Assembly: GCA_021817905.1 (NCBI GenBank)
Contig: JAKAFM010000002.1
Coordinates: forward strand, 3,807-67,806
Length of the DNA stretch: 64,000 nt
Source: a bacterium
GTDB lineage: Bacteria > Patescibacteriota > Microgenomatia > UBA12405
Direction: 5' to 3'
The notes under the pieces are model-generated. The model was not told where the DNA came from and did no database searches. It was given only the letters and a program-made list of their open reading frames with translations. Shown here piece by piece: positions 59,580 to 64,000 of the stretch (position 1 is its first letter; every line of letters starts with the position of its first letter). Position numbers and translations under genes: made by a program.

Positions 59580-60776
59580 ATGGTTAACCGGTGGATCGTC
59601 TTGGGATTTTTTTGTTCGGCTGTATTGGGATATTTTGGAGGAACTTTGGCTTTGCATTATCTTCCAAAATTAACCTCAAATTCCGAAGCATTATTACAGC
59701 TTGAGGGGATGCGACGGCCGATTATTCAGGGGTATTTGCCCTACTGGTTAATCGATAAATCCGCGACCGATTATTCATCAACCCTTACTGATATTGCTTA
59801 CTTTGGTCTTATCGTTAATGGGGATGGAACCATAGTAACTCAAACAAACCCAAACGAGACTGAGCCGGGTTGGTTGGCTTTATCAAAAGATAATCTAAAA
59901 ACAAAATTGAACAACGCCGAAGCATCGGGGGTCAATCGCTCACTTTTGCTTCAAAGTGGTGACGAGAATGCAATTACAAAATTGATTACAGATCCAGTGG
60001 CACATGCCAAAGTATTAATGTCACAAGTGGAACCAATTATGGATAATCATCGTTTCAAAGATATAACAATAGATATCGAAAGTTCCAGACAAGCCACAGA
60101 GAGTGAACAACAGCAATTTACCTTATTCGTTAAAACACTATCAATGCTGGCTCACGAACATAATCGGGGAAATGTATATATTGATATTCCTGTATATGCG
60201 TACTTAAAGCCAACTATCTACGATCCTGCCCGATTGCCGAGTACGGTTGATTACGTTGTTTTGATGGCCTATGACTATCATTATCGAAGTTCATATGTGG
60301 TAGGTCCGGTAGCGCCGATTGATGGCGGACAAGTTGCTTGGGAAAATGATGTTGATAAAGCGGTTAAAATGGCGTTAACAACCATGAAACCTGAGCAATT
60401 ACTGTTAGGAGTTCCCCTTTATGGTTACGAGTGGGAGACGATGACTGCTACCGCGGGGGCACCCATTATTCCCGCTAGTGGAGTAACAGCCAGTAATCAA
60501 CGCATCAATGATTTATTGCAATCTTGCACCAATTGCACGGTCGACCGCAACCCCTTATCCCAAGAATTAGAAATAGCTTATTTTGACCAAACAACTCAAT
60601 CCTTTCATCAGATTGCGATCGGCGATAAACAAACAATGGAGTCAAAGGTTGCCTTGGCTAAAAAATATAAATTAGCAGGGGTGGCGCTGTGGGCACTTGG
60701 TTACGAAGATAGTCAGTTACTATCCCCTCTGGCTGATTATAAGGATTACCGGTGGATTCTTTATTCTCAGCATTAA
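59580..60776 (+). CDS. glycoside hydrolase family 18 protein, membrane-anchored
   Basis: 'GYLPYW', 'DITIDIE', 'LMAYDY', 'LGVPLYGYEW', 'GVALWALG'. Confidence 0.88.
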   Translation: MVNRWIVLGFFCSAVLGYFGGTLALHYLPKLTSNSEALLQLEGMRRPIIQGYLPYWLIDKSATDYSSTLTDIAYFGLIVNGDGTIVTQTNPNETEPGWLALSKDNLKTKLNNAEASGVNRSLLLQSGDENAITKLITDPVAHAKVLMSQVEPIMDNHRFKDITIDIESSRQATESEQQQFTLFVKTLSMLAHEHNRGNVYIDIPVYAYLKPTIYDPARLPSTVDYVVLMAYDYHYRSSYVVGPVAPIDGGQVAWENDVDKAVKMALTTMKPEQLLLGVPLYGYEWETMTATAGAPIIPASGVTASNQRINDLLQSCTNCTVDRNPLSQELEIAYFDQTTQSFHQIAIGDKQTMESKVALAKKYKLAGVALWALGYEDSQLLSPLADYKDYRWILYSQH

Positions 60777-61402
60777 CGAATAAACCGGTATGTTCGTCTG
60801 ATATCGTCAAAATAGAAACGACGGTCTTCACGTAAAGTAATTAAATGAGTAGTGTTGTTTCTGTCCTCGTAGGCTGCCTGTCCAGATCCGATTAAAAGTA
60901 TGTCATTATCATTTTTAGTGACCTCAAATCGACCAAGAGCTGGCCTAATCAGTAAATGTAAAGTGCGAATAGAGGCAGATGAAGAAGCAATTTGATAGAT
61001 AACTTGACCATCGGTTTGGGTAATAAGAATATTAGGAAGCAAGCTATTGGTTAGACTCAAAGCCGCATTCTGTTCAAGCGTGGCACTTAGCTGCGACATG
61101 AGGGTTAAAGTAACCTGGCTGTTTTGACCGGTTTTTAAGTTTTCGCCCTGTAGCAACGGACTATTATTAACGGCAGAACTGGTGGCAGATGTGTAACGTT
61201 CAGCTTTTATAACATTACCGATTATGTTGGAAATTTGCCCAATCATAGCCTGGGATGGGGGTGGCGGTGATACAAATTGGTAGTCGTTTATGGTGGGGGT
61301 TACAAAGGTAATGGGATGGACCTGATTAGCTCGAAGCGCGAAGGGAATGATAAAAAAAAGACAAAAAACCAAGACGAAGAGTACGATGTACATTACTTTC
61401 AT
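60773..61402 (-). CDS. membrane-anchored hypothetical protein (FecR-like beta domain)
   Basis: TM, then 'GNV', 'L.QGENLKTG..S.V.L'. Confidence 0.55.
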   Translation of the reverse strand: MKVMYIVLFVLVFCLFFIIPFALRANQVHPITFVTPTINDYQFVSPPPPSQAMIGQISNIIGNVIKAERYTSATSSAVNNSPLLQGENLKTGQNSQVTLTLMSQLSATLEQNAALSLTNSLLPNILITQTDGQVIYQIASSSASIRTLHLLIRPALGRFEVTKNDNDILLIGSGQAAYEDRNNTTHLITLREDRRFYFDDIRRTYRFIR

Positions 61403-61419
61403 ACTCTATTTTACCTTGC

Positions 61420-62622
61420 TTAAATAAGGAAACGACCATCACGGTAGATAGCTATGTTGGTATTGTCAATCAGGGTAGCCACGACTAATCGAGGAGTGGT
61501 GGCGATAATATCGGTGTGGATAACTGATTGGTTAAAACCATGTTTAGTCCATTCAGCGGTTTTCATTTTGGAGATGTTTCCCGTAAAGCTTTCCTGGTAA
61601 GCTGAACCAAGGGCAAGGTGAGTGTTACCATAGTGACCACCGAAATTTTCGTCGTATAGTGTTTCTGCCATATATTTATCGATTCTAGAAAAACGAGTAT
61701 CGGTTAATGAGTATTCTCCAATCTTATTGGCGTTTTTAACATTAATCATTTCTGTCAGGATGTTCTGGCCGACTTTGGCCGTAGCATTGATAACCAAACC
61801 TTTTTTAAATTCAAGAGTTATATCTTTAATAACTTGGCCAGCATAATAAAGAGGCTGATCAAAATAAATGTAACCTTCAGTTCCCCGCCAATCAGGACTA
61901 ATAAAAAGTTCGAAACTGGGAATATTGCGACCGCTACCGCCAAGCCATTGACGATCTGTTCCAAGCTTGATTGTAAGATCTGTATTAACTGCTGTAAGCC
62001 GAAGCGTGGCAATTTTTAGTTTATTTAACTTCAGTTTGAGTCGATCGAGGTCAGTAGTTAAACTTTTCCATTGGGTCACAGGGTCAATAAAATCGAGATA
62101 ACATGCTTTGATGACCTGGCTCCAGCACTCTTCGAGGGTCATTCCAGCCTCTTTAGCCATACTTTCGGTTGGATAAAGACCTAATGTCCAGGTATATTTA
62201 CCATTATTTTCTTTGGTATTAAGCCACTTTTGATAAGGCTTACGAACTGAACGTCTGGTCATAATTTTTTTAGGATCAATACCTTCAAGCTCATGTTTAT
62301 TGGTTTCGGCAATAATGGTAATGGTGTGATCGGCCTGAATGGCACGGCCTTTATAAAAAGCAGTCGGAAAAAATTCGAGTTGATGATTAGATGCATATTC
62401 AAAAAATTGCCGCTCCATTTCATCTGGGACATATTGAATTATCGGGTGAGCCCCCGCCTGAAGAACTGCACGATTGAGAGCAAGTAATAAAAGCTTGGCA
62501 GATTCGGGTACTTGCAAAAAAACAACTTCGTCAGGTTTTATACCATGGCCGCTGTTTAGCGCATAATTTACCAAAACAGCAGCATAACGATCAATATAAA
62601 TTTGTTCGGGTTGATAGGTCAT
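61420..62622 (-). CDS. aminopeptidase, peptidase family M29
   Basis: 'YAAVLVNY', 'NIPSFELF.SP', 'IGEYSL', 'LYDEN', 'HLALG', 'N.SVIHTD'. Confidence 0.93.
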   Translation of the reverse strand: MTYQPEQIYIDRYAAVLVNYALNSGHGIKPDEVVFLQVPESAKLLLLALNRAVLQAGAHPIIQYVPDEMERQFFEYASNHQLEFFPTAFYKGRAIQADHTITIIAETNKHELEGIDPKKIMTRRSVRKPYQKWLNTKENNGKYTWTLGLYPTESMAKEAGMTLEECWSQVIKACYLDFIDPVTQWKSLTTDLDRLKLKLNKLKIATLRLTAVNTDLTIKLGTDRQWLGGSGRNIPSFELFISPDWRGTEGYIYFDQPLYYAGQVIKDITLEFKKGLVINATAKVGQNILTEMINVKNANKIGEYSLTDTRFSRIDKYMAETLYDENFGGHYGNTHLALGSAYQESFTGNISKMKTAEWTKHGFNQSVIHTDIIATTPRLVVATLIDNTNIAIYRDGRFLI

Positions 62623-63752
62623 TTTTGGCGGCTAACGAGAAAGATAGCCCCTAGGCCAGCAAAGGAAAATAGTAAAGAAAACATGCCTCCAGCAATGGGA
62701 ATTTGGGTGAAGGCAGTAATGGCGATCAACCCTAAGGTAAAGGTAATTATTCGCGGTGCCTTGGCGAGAAGTTTGTAACCGACAAAACTAGCAATAACGG
62801 TATCAATCACAAAAGCCATCAAAATCCAGATGAGCATTTCTAATAAAGCTAAGGGAACACCAATAACACTAAAAAGAAGAACTACTAAGGTAATAATTGC
62901 TAGAATTTCAATAACTAATCCCCATTCAAGTACTTTAGAAAGACTTGATGATAAGACATTATTGGTAGCTTCTATAAAACCAGGAAAAAGCCACCAAATA
63001 AACATCCCAAAGATGAGGGTAGTCATAAATTTGGTAATCATCAAAAAAATACCAATTTGATTTATTGCCTGGGAAAATTGCTGGCTGGTAGGAGGGATGT
63101 ATGATTGAAAGTCGATGGTACTTTTTTCAAAACTGACCTTACCATTGACGACTCCGGGAAGTATCTGTTGACTTGGCGTTCGGTAATCCAGGTTACCGGT
63201 AATGTGAGACTGAGAGTCGAGGGTAAAAGTCTGAGCTTCAAAACTGGCGTTACCTCCAATTTTAGCCGCTATATTAAGTGATTCCCCCCATCCTTGGATA
63301 TTTTTTAAAATTGTTCCTGAAATTGTAGCGGTTTGGGCAGCAAAGAGACTCTCACCACTAACGGTTGCGGTGGGGGTAAAATTTAAATCCTGGCCAAAAA
63401 CAGTGCTATTTCTGGCAATTTTTGAGGCAATGGTAATTCGTTGTCCGATAAGTCTAAGATTGCCCTGAGTGGTATTGGTGATGGTAATATCCTGGGCTGC
63501 ACAAATAATATCTCCGGTGACATCGCCAATGATAGTTACTTGTTTTCCGGCACAAATTAAGTCACCATCAACTTTTCCGTCAATTACCAGTTGGTTTCCG
63601 GAAATTAAAAGTGACCCGTTAGTAACAGATTTTGAAGGGATTGTTACGGTGGATCCCGATTTAAACTCGAAGGCATGTACTGGTTTCAATTGAAAGGCAA
63701 GGAGTAGTATGGATACTGTGAGGATAATTGTTATTTTGGTCGAGATTTTCAT
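62619..63752 (-). CDS. bactofilin-like beta-helix repeat protein with C-terminal TM bundle
   Basis: Signal peptide, repeats 'I.G.V.GD.I.A', about 5 C-terminal TMs. Confidence 0.75.
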   Translation of the reverse strand: MKISTKITIILTVSILLLAFQLKPVHAFEFKSGSTVTIPSKSVTNGSLLISGNQLVIDGKVDGDLICAGKQVTIIGDVTGDIICAAQDITITNTTQGNLRLIGQRITIASKIARNSTVFGQDLNFTPTATVSGESLFAAQTATISGTILKNIQGWGESLNIAAKIGGNASFEAQTFTLDSQSHITGNLDYRTPSQQILPGVVNGKVSFEKSTIDFQSYIPPTSQQFSQAINQIGIFLMITKFMTTLIFGMFIWWLFPGFIEATNNVLSSSLSKVLEWGLVIEILAIITLVVLLFSVIGVPLALLEMLIWILMAFVIDTVIASFVGYKLLAKAPRIITFTLGLIAITAFTQIPIAGGMFSLLFSFAGLGAIFLVSRQK

Positions 63753-63794
63753 GAAATGATGATATAGTAAAGTAAGTCAAATTACAACAAATAT

Positions 63795-63974
63795 ATGAAC
63801 AATCCACACATGCTTCCCATTGATGAGTTTGCGAAATCCATAGGTCTTAACGAAGAGCAGACTAGATCAGTGAAGCTTTATATTATTGCCCTATTGGTCG
63901 ACAACTTGAAACAAATGAAAGATGAATATAATCAAGAAATAGACCAAGCCATGAAGCAATTTTCGAATTCTTAG
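63795..63974 (+). CDS. 59-aa hypothetical protein (not in ORF track)
   Basis: ATG 63795 to TAG 63974: MNNPHMLPIDEFAKSIGLNEEQTRSVKLYIIALLVDNLKQMKDEYNQEIDQAMKQFSNS; amphipathic-helix pattern, divergent from 62619..63752. Confidence 0.5.
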   Translation: MNNPHMLPIDEFAKSIGLNEEQTRSVKLYIIALLVDNLKQMKDEYNQEIDQAMKQFSNS

Positions 63975-64000
63975 ACCGGTGATTGCTTTTTGGTAATAAT

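Noticed and set aside
3428-63693. Dozens of 60-117 aa ORFs nested in or antisense to long genes (e.g. 15399..15725, 25757..26089, 32863..33216, 47007..47300)
   Set aside because: They lie entirely within well-supported genes, have no motifs and are expected shadow ORFs.
1-64000. CRISPR array, integron attC array, DGR or IS element
   Set aside because: No regularly spaced repeats, cas, reverse transcriptase, integrase or transposase; the ORFans lack shared flanking palindromes.
1-64000. TGA recoding (genetic code 25) as in some CPR lineages
   Set aside because: Conserved genes are full length under code 11, and TGA ends serS, uvrB and tyrS at the expected positions.

Overview
Low-GC, densely coded bacterial chromosome segment using the standard genetic code. 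Gene content and style point to a Patescibacteria/CPR organism, probably Microgenomates (inference). Layout: 1-21.7 kb is a surface-glycosylation island (nine GT-C-type membrane proteins, six GT2 and one GT4 enzyme, a Wzx flippase); 21.7-43.4 kb is housekeeping and envelope genes (sortase-type substrate, coiled-coil M23 hydrolase, ftsX, ftsE, prfB, typA, secA, serS, lysS, greA-like, sortase, rel, archaeal-type tyrS); 43.4-53.6 kb holds uvrC, uvrA and uvrB interleaved with small ORFans, then a broken comM-dprA locus; 53.6-64 kb has a DUF6909-like gene, another GT-C, tRNA-Glu, ssb, a coiled-coil C39-like protein, FKBP, GH18, an M29 aminopeptidase and a bactofilin-like membrane protein. Most notable observations: (1) an unannotated 35-codon leader ORF with mutually exclusive 1:2, 2:3 and 3:4 hairpins and a U7 tract (attenuator architecture) upstream of a GreA-family gene with a non-canonical acidic tip; (2) a circularly permuted M23 domain with intact Zn ligands downstream of ftsEX, plus a paralog carrying a C39-like domain on the same scaffold; (3) comM cut at NPCPCG and dprA missing its 5' part, with three small membrane ORFs in the gap; (4) a 35-bp element 30/35 identical upstream of uvrA and uvrB; (5) pervasive -10 boxes 5-7 nt before start codons, suggesting leaderless mRNAs; (6) LysRS fused to a PheRS-beta-type tRNA-binding domain. 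No CRISPR array, rRNA, integrase or transposase was seen. All family calls are from motif recognition by eye; no database searches were run.
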